From an uncultured Candidatus Rokubacteria bacterium (GTDB taxonomy: Bacteria > Methylomirabilota > Methylomirabilia > Rokubacteriales > CSP1-6), in contig CAWBMV010000006.1 in NCBI GenBank assembly GCA_963789955.1, positions 64,001 through 128,000 on the forward strand: 64,000 nucleotides of DNA, read 5' to 3'. This document shows positions 29,546 to 39,456 of this stretch, one piece after another (the first letter of the stretch is position 1; each line of letters begins with the position of its first letter). The notes below the pieces were generated by a model, which did no database searches, had not been told where the DNA came from, and saw nothing but the letters and a program-made list of their open reading frames with translations. The translations under genes and the position numbers were made by a program.

Positions 29546-30460
29546 ATGAACATGGACCGCGCGGTTCCCTCGGGCTCGCTCTCGACGTGGCTGGCTGGCC
29601 ACCACGGGGCGTCGCGCGAGCTGCGGTTCTACGCGCGCGTGTTCGCGCGGAGCGCCGCGTCGCTGCTCGGTCTGGGCCTCGTGCTCGCGTTCCTCCTGAT
29701 GGCGGCGCTCGGTCCGTGGATCGTGCCCTATCCGGAGGACGCGCGCGGCGCGGTGCATCTCGACGAGAAGCTCAGGCCGCCGAGCGCGCGCCACTGGTTC
29801 GGCACGGACGAGGTCGGCACCGACATCTACACGCGCGTCGTCCTGGGCACCCGGGTCTCGCTTCAGATCGGCCTGATCATCACCTTGCTGGCCGCCGCGA
29901 TCGGGGTGCCGCTCGGCATCGTCGCGGGCTATGTCGGCGGCCCGCTGGGCGAGACGATCATGCGGGTGACGGACATCTTCCTTTCGGTCCCGGCGCTCGT
30001 GCTGGCGCTAGCGATCGTCGGCGCCCTCGGCCCGGGCATCACCAACGTGATCGTCGCGCTCGGCCTGGTGTGGTGGCCGGGTTACGTGCGTCTCGTGCAG
30101 AGCAAGACGCTCGCGCTCAAGGGGCAGGTGTTCGTCGAGGCCGCGCGCGCCGTGGGAACCGGCCGGCTCCGGATCGTCTTCGTCCACATCCTGCCGAACT
30201 GTGTGTCACCGATCACGGTCAAGGCGAGCATGGACATGGGGTCGGCGATTCTCGCGGCCGCCGGGCTCGGCTTCATCGGCCTCGGCGCCCAGCCGCCGTA
30301 TCCGGAGTGGGGCGCGATGATCAGCCACGGGCGAAACTACCTGCCGACCTGGTGGTGGTATTCGGCGTTCCCCGGTATCTTCATCTATCTCACGGTGCTC
30401 GGCTTCAATCTGCTCGGGGACGGACTGCGCGACATCCTCGACCCGCAGAGTCGAGGGTAG
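29546..30460 (+). CDS. Peptide ABC transporter permease (DppC-like)
   Basis: HWFGTDEVG, FVEAARAVG, HILPN, PEWGAMI, NLLGDGLRDILDP. Confidence 0.94.
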   Translation: MNMDRAVPSGSLSTWLAGHHGASRELRFYARVFARSAASLLGLGLVLAFLLMAALGPWIVPYPEDARGAVHLDEKLRPPSARHWFGTDEVGTDIYTRVVLGTRVSLQIGLIITLLAAAIGVPLGIVAGYVGGPLGETIMRVTDIFLSVPALVLALAIVGALGPGITNVIVALGLVWWPGYVRLVQSKTLALKGQVFVEAARAVGTGRLRIVFVHILPNCVSPITVKASMDMGSAILAAAGLGFIGLGAQPPYPEWGAMISHGRNYLPTWWWYSAFPGIFIYLTVLGFNLLGDGLRDILDPQSRG

Positions 30461-30469
30461 GGCGGCGAC

Positions 30470-31153
30470 CTAGACGCCGCACGCCTCGGCGACGACGCGC
30501 GCGACGAGGAGATTCGCGAGGAGCACGGGCGCGCCCGTGAGCCGCTGGAGCTCGTCGCGCGTCTTGCGCCTGAATCCCATGCAATCCAGGGCGACGAGCC
30601 CGGCGTGCGCGGCCCGAAGCGCTTCCCCCGTGCGCGCGACCTCCGCCGGGTCTTCCTCCTCGTACGGCGAAAGCGGTACGACGACCGGATCGAACCCGTC
30701 GGCGCGCCACCGCGCTTCGGTCTGCGGCACGTGCTGGACGGACGGGGTGACGATGCCGAGGCAGCCCGGCCAGCGGAGCGCGCGCAGCACGCCGAGGAGC
30801 ACCTGGTGCGGCAGCACGAGGAGCCGCGACGCCTCGAGCGCGGGGAACGCGCCCGTGCAGAGAAGCGCCGTCATCGTGACGCCCGTCCGCTCGAGCTCAC
30901 GGATCGCGGCCTGGACGCGGGCGACGATGTGGCGCTTGGCCACGAAGGCCGGCGTGCCGTCGGCAAGCCGCGTGACGAGGATGTCGTCCCCGGGCCCAGG
31001 GGCCAGCGCGGCGATCTCGGCACGCCCGAGGCCGTCGAGCGCACCGCGCTCCCTCACGGTCACGGCGGGCCCGAGGATCGCTTCCATGTCGGGCACGACG
31101 TCGACGCGCGGCGACTGACCGATCGTGACGAGGCCGACGATCGGTCCCTTCAC
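30470..31153 (-). CDS. AroM family protein
   Basis: VTIGQSPRVD, GALDGL, LVTRLADG, LLCTGAF, SPY, LDCMGF. Confidence 0.9.
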   Translation of the reverse strand: MKGPIVGLVTIGQSPRVDVVPDMEAILGPAVTVRERGALDGLGRAEIAALAPGPGDDILVTRLADGTPAFVAKRHIVARVQAAIRELERTGVTMTALLCTGAFPALEASRLLVLPHQVLLGVLRALRWPGCLGIVTPSVQHVPQTEARWRADGFDPVVVPLSPYEEEDPAEVARTGEALRAAHAGLVALDCMGFRRKTRDELQRLTGAPVLLANLLVARVVAEACGV

Positions 31154-31686
31154 AGTACGTGCAGCCAGGGGCGGGTCGTGAGCCCGTCGGGCTTCCAGAA
31201 GCCGGTTTCGGCGAACCATCGGAGCGCCTCGTCGGCGTCGGCGGTCTTCACGATCGCCAGGGTCTTGCCGTCCTCGAAGAAGCCGCCGAAGGCGAGCCGG
31301 CCGGCGCCCCGCATCTCGATCAGCGCGAACTGCGCCATGTCGTGCTGCGCCGTCGGGCCTTCGACGATCGTCGCGCGACGGGTCCCGTCGAGGACGACCG
31401 GCACCATCTCCCAGGGCTCGACGAACTGGCTGAAGCTCTTCGGCTCGTAGCGGGTCCACACGCCGCCCATCCAGTACGGATCTTCTTCGATCGCGAACTT
31501 GAGCTGGGCCGGCTGCTGCAGCCGATAGAAGAGGTCGGCGGTGCGCAGGTCGGCCGACGGCCCGCCGCCGATCAGGATGCCGTTGGCGCGCAGCCCCTGG
31601 AGGCGCTCGATGTGGTCGCGGCGGTGGGCCTCGCGCCGGGTCAGATAGTCGTCGGCCGCCGTGAGAGCGATATGAAAGACGATCAC
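31150..31686 (-). CDS. YciI-like protein (two YCII-like halves)
   Basis: RREAHRRDHIERL..IGGGP..EDPYW, followed by a second half HDMAQF..AFGGF..FAETGFW. Confidence 0.72.
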   Translation of the reverse strand: MIVFHIALTAADDYLTRREAHRRDHIERLQGLRANGILIGGGPSADLRTADLFYRLQQPAQLKFAIEEDPYWMGGVWTRYEPKSFSQFVEPWEMVPVVLDGTRRATIVEGPTAQHDMAQFALIEMRGAGRLAFGGFFEDGKTLAIVKTADADEALRWFAETGFWKPDGLTTRPWLHVL

Positions 31687-31750
31687 GCCTTCCTCCGTTC
31701 AAGGGCGCCAGAACCCTGGCGCCTGACGCCCCGTGTTACTGTGTCACGAG

Positions 31751-34447
31751 ATGGAGCTGCTCGAGCGATTCCGCTCGCGTTATCCGTTTCCGCTCGACGA
31801 CTTTCAGGTCGAAGCCATCCGCGCCATCGAAGCGGGCCAGTCCGTGATCGTCTCGGCACCCACGGGCGCCGGCAAGACCCTGGTCGCCGAGTTCGCCATC
31901 CACGCCGCCCTGGCCGCCGGCCGCCGCCTAGCGTACACGACTCCGCTCAAGGCGCTCTCGAACCAGAAATTCGCCGACTTCACCCGCGAGTTCGGCGCTG
32001 ATAGAGTCGGCATCCTCACCGGCGACGTCAAGGTGAACCCGCACGCGGCGATTCTGGTCATGACGACCGAAATCCTCCGAAATGCACTTTACGGGAGCGG
32101 CCTCGACGGGCTGCGCTACATCGTGCTCGACGAGTGTCACTACATGGGCGACGAGGGACGCGGCACCGTCTGGGAAGAGATCATCGTCAGCGCGCCGCCC
32201 GACGTCGTGCTCGTCGGCCTCTCGGCGACCGTCGCCAACGTGAAAGAGATCGCCGACTGGATCTCGATCGTGCACCGGCCGATCATGCCGATCTTCCATC
32301 CGCACCGGCCCGTGCCGCTCGCGTACGTGATCGCCGACCTCGCCGGCGAGATCCACGAGGTGGAGCGGATCCGTGCGGGTCGCGCGCGCGTCGTGGGCGA
32401 CGAGCCGCGCGGTCCCGACGATCGCGGACGCTGGTACACGCGACGCGTCGTGCATCCGACGGTGCTGATCGAGGCGCTCGAGGCGCGCGGCTGGCTGCCG
32501 ACGATCTATTTCATCTTCAGCCGGGTCGGCTGCGAGCGGGCGATGCAGGACGTGCTGACCGAGGGCAAGAGCCTGCTGGCGCCGCCCCAGCAGCGCGAGG
32601 TGGACACGGCGATCGGCGACCTCGTCCGCGAGAGCCCGACCGTGGCCGAGTCGGTGCTGAACCAGAGCGTGTTCGAGGCGCTGCGGCTCGGCATCGGGGT
32701 CCATCACGCGGGGATCCTGCCGAGCGTCAAGCGGCTCATCGAAGTGCTCTTCGAGCGCGGGCTCTGCAAGGCCGTCTTCGCGACGGAGACGATGTCGCTC
32801 GGCATCCACATGCCGGCGCGCTCGGTCGTGCTCCAGGGGCTGACCAAGCGGACCGATCGCGGCTTCCGGTCTCTCTCGCACAACGAGCTGACCCAGATGG
32901 CGGGCCGGGCGGGGCGCCGCGGAATCGACGCCGAGGGCACGTGCGTGATCGCGCTCGACGCCCGCGACGGGCTCGACGACCTGCTGCGGGTGATCGACAG
33001 CTCGCCGGAGCCGATCGAGAGCCAGTTCAAGCTGGGCTACGGGTCCGTCGCGCTCTTGCTCTCGACCGGAGCGCCGCCCGACGCGCTGCGCCGGCGGATC
33101 GAGTCGTCGTTCGGTCAGTACCAGAACCTCAAGCGCATCCGCGAGGTCGAAGCGGACGTGCGAAAGCTCGAGGCCTCGCTCGAGGAGCTGCGCCGCTATC
33201 CGGCGCCCTGCGGCGACTTCCAGCGGATCGGCCGCTATCGCCGCGCCCGGCAGGAAGTCGAAGCGCGCCGCCACGCGCTCGGGCGTGGAGGCGGCAAGCG
33301 CGGCGAGCGCGGCGAGCGCAGCGTGGCCGAAGCCGAACCGGGGCGGCTGATCCTGGTGCGGCGGGGCGGCGCGCCGACCCTGGCGATGGTGCTCGGGATC
33401 CACGCCATCCGCGGCCACCGCGTGCTGATCGATGCGCTCCTGCCGCACGGAGCGACCGTGCGGGTGAAGAGCGGCGTGATCAAGCGGGTCTTCTGGGCGA
33501 CGCCGCCGCTGCACGTGCCGCGTGACCGCGGGCGGGACGGACGCGACCGCGCATCGGATGGCCGCGAGCGATCAGGCAGCTGGCGCGACCAGCAGCGCGA
33601 TGATCGCGACGGCCGCGACCGCCGCGGTCCCGACGGTCGGGGGCTGCGCCACCTGGCGGTAGAGCTGGAGCGTTTGTCGGTCCCCGAGCTGATCGACCGC
33701 GAGCGCGCCCAGGGCCCCGAGGCGGCACTCGCCGCGATCGAGTGCCACCGTTGCCCGTGGGGCGCGACCGCCCGCTGCGACCGCGAGTGGCGAGAGCTCG
33801 AGACCGTCACCGAGCGCCTCGGGGTTCGACGGCGACAGCTCGAGGCGCTTCGCGGCGCGTACTGGCAGGAATTCCTCCGTGTCGTGGAAGTCCTGGAGCA
33901 GTTCGGCGCGGTGCGCGATCAGCAAGTCCAGGGAAAGGGCCGGCTCATCGCCGAGATCCGCCACGACAACGAGCTGCTCGTCGCCGAGGGCGTGTCGCAT
34001 GGCGTGTTCAACGACGTCTCCGGCCCCGAGGCGGCGGCCATCTGCTCGGCGCTGATCGAGGAGGCGCGGTCGGGCGACCCGGCACTGGCGCGCACGTTCA
34101 TGAAAAAGCGGCCCAAGCTCAAGCGCAAGCTCGATCTGCTCATGCGGGTCGCCGACACCGTGCACGAGGCCCAGCGCGCGCGCCACCTCCGCATTCCGAT
34201 CGCCGTCCACGCCGGGTTCATGCCGGCGGTGTATCGCTGGGCGTCGGGCGAGGACGACTGGAGCGCGATCGTCGAAGAGGCGTTCGGGGGCCACGAAGGT
34301 GATCTGATCCGGGCGATGCGACGGCTGATCGACCTGCTCCGTCAGCTGGCCGACAGTCCCGAGGTCCCGGCCGAGACGGCCCGGGTGATGACCCACGCCT
34401 CCCGGGTGATTGATCGTGGCATTGTTTTGGAGTCGGCCCTGATATGA
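31751..34447 (+). CDS. Ski2-like DEAD/DEAH RNA helicase (HelY family)
   Basis: FPLDDFQ, APTGAGKT, PLKALSNQK, DECH, SAT, HHAG, ATETMSLG, QMAGRAGRRG, C-terminal EGDLIR..IDLLRQ. Confidence 0.93.
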   Translation: MELLERFRSRYPFPLDDFQVEAIRAIEAGQSVIVSAPTGAGKTLVAEFAIHAALAAGRRLAYTTPLKALSNQKFADFTREFGADRVGILTGDVKVNPHAAILVMTTEILRNALYGSGLDGLRYIVLDECHYMGDEGRGTVWEEIIVSAPPDVVLVGLSATVANVKEIADWISIVHRPIMPIFHPHRPVPLAYVIADLAGEIHEVERIRAGRARVVGDEPRGPDDRGRWYTRRVVHPTVLIEALEARGWLPTIYFIFSRVGCERAMQDVLTEGKSLLAPPQQREVDTAIGDLVRESPTVAESVLNQSVFEALRLGIGVHHAGILPSVKRLIEVLFERGLCKAVFATETMSLGIHMPARSVVLQGLTKRTDRGFRSLSHNELTQMAGRAGRRGIDAEGTCVIALDARDGLDDLLRVIDSSPEPIESQFKLGYGSVALLLSTGAPPDALRRRIESSFGQYQNLKRIREVEADVRKLEASLEELRRYPAPCGDFQRIGRYRRARQEVEARRHALGRGGGKRGERGERSVAEAEPGRLILVRRGGAPTLAMVLGIHAIRGHRVLIDALLPHGATVRVKSGVIKRVFWATPPLHVPRDRGRDGRDRASDGRERSGSWRDQQRDDRDGRDRRGPDGRGLRHLAVELERLSVPELIDRERAQGPEAALAAIECHRCPWGATARCDREWRELETVTERLGVRRRQLEALRGAYWQEFLRVVEVLEQFGAVRDQQVQGKGRLIAEIRHDNELLVAEGVSHGVFNDVSGPEAAAICSALIEEARSGDPALARTFMKKRPKLKRKLDLLMRVADTVHEAQRARHLRIPIAVHAGFMPAVYRWASGEDDWSAIVEEAFGGHEGDLIRAMRRLIDLLRQLADSPEVPAETARVMTHASRVIDRGIVLESALI

Positions 34448-34938
34448 TTCGAGACGTGAAGCGAATCGCGGTCCTGGGCCTCGTTCTGCTCCTCGCCGGA
34501 TGCTTCGCGTACCGGACCAAGGAGCAGCGCACCACCGAGGGGCCGATGGCCGAGGACATCTGGACGATGAAGGTCCTCATCGCGAACGGGCGCGAACCGA
34601 ACTTCGACGAGCGGCGCCGCTGGGACAACGCGATGGAGCAGAAGATCGGTCAATACCTGCGGCAGAATCCCGAGGCCGCCAGCTCCGTCGACGTGTCGAC
34701 CTTCCGGTTCATCAAGCAGGTGACGGTCGGCCAGACCGACGAGCAAGTCGTGATCCTGCTCGGCCCGCCGCTCGCCAGGATTTCCGACGTCGCGGAGATG
34801 GAGAAGCTCGCCCGTCAGTACTGGCCGGCGGTGAAGGAGAACGAGCCGACCGAGGTGTGGACGTACCCCTCGGGCTGGCGGATCTACATGAAGGACCGGA
34901 CGGTCGTCGACATCACGCAGTACGCGATCCGTCCCTGA
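34444..34938 (+). CDS. Hypothetical lipoprotein (SmpA/BamE-like motif)
   Basis: Lipobox LLAGC. VGQTDEQVVILLGPP..EVWTY. Confidence 0.72.
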   Translation: MIRDVKRIAVLGLVLLLAGCFAYRTKEQRTTEGPMAEDIWTMKVLIANGREPNFDERRRWDNAMEQKIGQYLRQNPEAASSVDVSTFRFIKQVTVGQTDEQVVILLGPPLARISDVAEMEKLARQYWPAVKENEPTEVWTYPSGWRIYMKDRTVVDITQYAIRP

Positions 34939-34963
34939 CGCGGTCTCCCGTCTCGAGAATTCG

Positions 34964-36641
34964 ATGATCGAGTCCCGCCTGGTCGTCACGAAGAAGACGG
35001 CGCCGGCCCCGCACGGCATGGTGGCCGCGGAGCACCCGATCGGGGCGCGCGTGGGCGCGCGGATTCTCGAGCGCGGCGGCAACGCGGTCGACGCCGCGGT
35101 GGCGACCGCGTTCGCCATGACGGTCGTCGAGCCCTTCATGTCCACGATCGCCGGATCCGGCACGATGCTCGTGCACATGGCCCGGCGGGGCGAGACCATC
35201 GCGCTCGACTTCAACGGCTGTGCGCCGATGCGCGCGCACGCGTCGATGTTCCGCACGACGACGGGGATCTCACGCGGCCTCTTTGCCTGGCCCAACGTCG
35301 AGGGCGCGGCGAACGAGCGCGGATGGCTCGCGCCGGCGGTGCCCGGATCGGTGGCCGGGCTCTCGCTCGCGCTCGAGCGATACGGCACGCTGGCGCTTCG
35401 CGACGCGATCCAGCCGGCGATCGAGCTCGCCCGTGGCGGATTCATCACGGACTGGTACCAGGCGCTCACGACGGCGCGGCAGATCGAGGAGCTCGCGGCG
35501 GCCGGTGAGGCCGGCCGCGTGTATCTGCGAAACGGCCGAGCGCTCTACCGGCCGCCGACCGGCATGGAAGAAGGCGATCGCGCGACCTATCCCGACCTCG
35601 CGCGAAGCCTGGAGCTGATCGCCCGCGACGGGCCGAACGCGTTCTACCGGGGCGAGATCGCGCAAACCATCCACGACGCGATGGCGGCGCATGGCGGATT
35701 GATCACTCGCGAGGATCTCGCGGCCTATTCGGTGCGCGTCGGCGCGCCGCTCGTGGGCACGTACCGCGGCGTCGAGCTCGCGTTCTCGCCGGGGGCGACC
35801 GGCGGCGTCACCGCGCTGGAGATTCTCAACATCCTCGAGCAGTTCCCGAAGACCGCCGTCGGCTGGAACACGCCGGCTGGACTCAATGTCCGGGCGCAGG
35901 CCGTCCGCCGCGCGTTCGCCGATCGCTTCGAGCATCTCGGCGATCCAACGGTGGTGCAGGCCCCGTGGGATCGGCTCACGTCGAAGGCGTACGCGCGCGA
36001 GGTCGCCGCCGAGATCCGGCGTCCGGGCACGCGAGGGCGCCGGAGCGATGCGATCGACGCCCTCGGAGCGTCCGCGGCCGGCGGAGATTGCACGACACAC
36101 ATCAGCGTCATCGACCGACAGCGGAACATGGTGGCCTTGACCCACACGGCCGTCTCGCTGTTCGGCTCGATGGTCGTGGTGCCGGGCACCGGGATCCTCC
36201 TGAACAACGGGATGATCTGGTTCAACCCGGAGGCGGGGCGGCCGAACTCGGTCGCGCCGGGCAAGCGAGCGCTCGTGAACATGGTGCCGGTGCTCGGCTT
36301 CAAGAAGGGCAAGCCGTACTTCACACTGGGAGCGCCCGGCGGACGGCGGATCGTGTCGGCGATTCCCCAGGTCATCGCCTCGCTCGTCGACAGCGGCCGT
36401 GACCTCCAGGACGCGATCGAGGCACCGCGCCTGCACGCGGAGAGCAGCTGAAACGCTCGTCGACGTTCGCGTCGGGGACAAGACGCTGACCGCGCTCGGT
36501 CGGCTCGGGCAGCGGGTCGCCCCGCGAGAAGAAACGTACGCGACCCTGAATTTCGCCAAGCCGGTGGGCGTGCGGGTCGGGCGCCGCGGGCTCGAGGCGG
36601 GGCTCGACACGCTCCGTCCCGCGGCCGCGGCGGGACACTAG
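34964..36641 (+). CDS. ggt: Gamma-glutamyltransferase (frameshift near 36445)
   Basis: GGNAVDAAVA, AVPGSVAG, FYRGEIA, TTHISVID (catalytic Thr), GILLNNGM, GAPGGRRI, APRLH. Confidence 0.92.
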
Positions 36642-36653
36642 GAGTCCGAGACC

Positions 36654-36965
36654 ATGGCAGAGGTTGATCTGACGGCCGCGTTCTCGACGGTTCCGGCGGC
36701 GGAAGCCGAGGAGATCAAGCGGGTCATCATCGAGACCGTGAAGCAGCTCGCCCAGGACGACGGCACGTTCAAGCGCGCCAAGCTGGTCTTCACCGAGTCG
36801 GACGAGCGCTGCGGGCTCACCGCCGAGCTCGACGGCGTGAAGCGCGAGGGCGTCCCGCTCCAGATCGATATCGATCAGCTCGAAGACGCGAAGACCTCGG
36901 CCGGCGCGCGGGCCCAGCTCAAGGAAGCGCTCCGGCTCTACTTCCGGCGCGTCCTTGGAAAGTAG
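36654..36965 (+). CDS. Hypothetical protein
   Basis: AGGAG SD, 103 aa, typical codon usage, within the operon. Confidence 0.7.
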   Translation: MAEVDLTAAFSTVPAAEAEEIKRVIIETVKQLAQDDGTFKRAKLVFTESDERCGLTAELDGVKREGVPLQIDIDQLEDAKTSAGARAQLKEALRLYFRRVLGK

Positions 36966-37656
36966 CGACGCCGGTACTCTCCTCTTCTCCTGGCGCGGCT
37001 GTCTGTTTCGCGTCCCGGACCAGGTCCAGGCTCCCAAGGCCGGCTCGCTCTTCTTCTGCCGTCACCTCGTCGTGCACCCGGGTGAGCGCGTGCTCGAGAT
37101 CGGCGGCGGGCTCGGTCTGGCCGCGGTGCTCGCCGCCCGAACCGGAGCCCGAGTGACCGCGACCGACGTCCTGCCCGAGGCGGTCGAGGTGATGCGCGCC
37201 AACGCCGCGCTCAACGACGTCACGATCGATGCGCGCCTCGGCGACTGCTATGCGCCGGTCGCGGGCGAGCGCTTCGACCTGATCTGCGCGAATCCGCCGC
37301 AGATGCCGACGCCGCCTGGTCGCCAGCGACGAGATGCGGCGGCGGCGGCCGACAACGGCGGGCCCGACGGCTGGGAGCTGCTCGACCGCGTGATCGCGGG
37401 CGCGCCGCGACATCTCAACCCGGGCGGCCGGCTGATCTTCACCATCTTCGCGTTCCTCGGCGTGAAAGCCGCATTCGCGAAGGTCGAGGCCGCGGGTCTG
37501 GTCCCGGTGGTCATCGCGAGCGAGATCGAGTCGTTTCCGCGGATCGGGTACGAGCGCCTCGACCACATCCGCGCCCACGATCTGGAGGCGACGGTGCCGT
37601 CCGGGATCCCCGAGACGGTCGAGCGGTTCGTGATCCAGGGGACCGCTGCGAGGTGA
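36955..37656 (+). CDS. Class I SAM-dependent methyltransferase (HemK-related)
   Basis: VLEIGGGLG, DLICANPPQ, GGPDG, HLNPGG. Confidence 0.88.
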   Translation: MESSDAGTLLFSWRGCLFRVPDQVQAPKAGSLFFCRHLVVHPGERVLEIGGGLGLAAVLAARTGARVTATDVLPEAVEVMRANAALNDVTIDARLGDCYAPVAGERFDLICANPPQMPTPPGRQRRDAAAAADNGGPDGWELLDRVIAGAPRHLNPGGRLIFTIFAFLGVKAAFAKVEAAGLVPVVIASEIESFPRIGYERLDHIRAHDLEATVPSGIPETVERFVIQGTAAR

Positions 37657-37663
37657 CCAGCCC

Positions 37664-38407
37664 ATGACGCGACGGCTCATCGTCAACGCCGACGACTTCG
37701 GGCTGACCCCAGGGGTCAGTGCCGGCATCCTGTCGGCGCACCGCCACGGCATCGTGACCAGCACGACCTTGCTCGCCACCGCCGCGATCGACGCCGAGCA
37801 GCTGGCGGCCCTTCGCGACTCCGGTCTCGGCGTCGGCATTCACGTGAATCTCACGCTCGGCCGGCCGCTCTCCAACGGACGCTCGCTGGTCGACGCCGAC
37901 GGCCGCTTCGTGCGCGACGCGAGCCACGCCGCCGCGCGCGCCGACGCCAGAGACGTCGAGCGCGAGGTGAACGCGCAGGTCGAGAAGTTCGCCTACCTGA
38001 TGCGCCGCGAGCCGACGCATCTCGATACGCATCATCACGTCGGTCTGCTGGCGCCCGTCACCGACGTCGTGCTCGAGGCCGCGCGGCGCCTGGGTGTGGC
38101 CGTCCGCAGTCAGAACGCGACGGCGCGCGCCCGAGCGCTGACGGCCGGACTTCGCACTCCCGACCATTTCTTCGGCGAGTCCGGTCCCGGCGCGTACTGG
38201 TCGCTCGCGCGTACCCTCGCGCATCTCCGCGCCCTGCCGGCCGGCGTGTCCGAGTTCATGGCGCATCCCGGCTGGTGTGACGACGCGCTCTCCTACAGCC
38301 GCTACGGCCGCCAGCGCGAGACCGAGATGATCGGCCTGGGTACCTCGTCCGCGCGCGCGGCGGCCTCGAGCCTCGGCATCACGCTCTGCCACTTCGGCGA
38401 GCTCTAG
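37664..38407 (+). CDS. ChbG/HpnK (YdjC) family deacetylase
   Basis: LIVNADDFG, GIHVNLT, HLDTHHH, EFMAHPG. Confidence 0.92.
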   Translation: MTRRLIVNADDFGLTPGVSAGILSAHRHGIVTSTTLLATAAIDAEQLAALRDSGLGVGIHVNLTLGRPLSNGRSLVDADGRFVRDASHAAARADARDVEREVNAQVEKFAYLMRREPTHLDTHHHVGLLAPVTDVVLEAARRLGVAVRSQNATARARALTAGLRTPDHFFGESGPGAYWSLARTLAHLRALPAGVSEFMAHPGWCDDALSYSRYGRQRETEMIGLGTSSARAAASSLGITLCHFGEL

Positions 38408-38410
38408 CCG

Positions 38411-39456
38411 ATGCGCGCCGCCGTGCGTCGCGGCGACCGCCGGCGTCAGCCCCGACGCCGGCGTGCGGCAACCTCCTCCGTCATCGTCGGCGTCGACGTC
38501 GGAGGCACCACCACCGCCGTCGGCCTCGTCACCCGAGACGGCGAGGTGATCGCCGACACGAGCGCCCCGACTCGAGCCTCCAGCCGCGATCCCCTGGAGA
38601 CGATCGTGGCCCTCATCGGGAAGCTCACCGAGAGAGCCGGCAGGTCGAGCCGCGGTCGATCGCGGCTGTCGGCATCGGGGTACCCGGGCCGGTCGACGCG
38701 GAACGCGGTATCGTCGGGGAGCCGGTGACCCACGTCCCGGCCCTGGAGGGGCGGGCGCTCGCGGCGGAGCTCGGCGGGCGCGTCGGCTTGCCGGTCGCGA
38801 TCGACAACGACGTCAACGCGCTCGCGCTGGGCGAGGCGAGCTTCGGCACCGGTCGGGGCACCAGCTCGCTCGTCGTCCTGTCGGTGGGGACGGGGATCGG
38901 CGCCGGGATCGTGCTCGAGGGCCGGCTCGTGCGGGGTGCCGCGGGGTTCGGCGGTGAGCTGGGTCACACGCCGGTGAAGTTCGACGGGCCGCCGTGCTGG
39001 TGCGGGCTTCGCGGGTGCCTGGCATTCTATGCCAGCGGGCGGGGAATCGCCGATCTGGCGCGCGCCCGAGTCGTCGATGAGTCGGCGACGATGCTCGTGA
39101 AGGCGGCGGGCGGGGATCCGTCGGACATCACGGCGCCCCTGGTCTTTCGCGCAGCCGGGCAGGGAGACCGCCTCGCCGGGTCGATCGTGGACGAGGCGTG
39201 CCAGGCGCTCGGTGCGATGATCGGGACGATCGTGAACGGCTTGAACCCGGAGGTCCTGATCATCACGGGAGGCGTGGTGGAGTCGTACGTGAAGCTCGAG
39301 GCGGCGATACTCCGGGCGAGCCGCGAGTACGCGTTCCCGCGGGCGCTCGCGGCGACGCGCATCGAGCTCGTGCCCGGAAACAAGCGGTCGAGTGTGCGCG
39401 GCGCGGCCGCGCTTGCGCTGTACGAAACGAGCGGCCATTCGCGGAGGACACGATGA
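38411..39456 (+). CDS. ROK family sugar kinase (frameshift near 38650)
   Basis: GVDVGGT, GIGVPGPVD, DNDVNA, GTGIGAG, GELGH, CWCGLRGCL. Confidence 0.9.
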
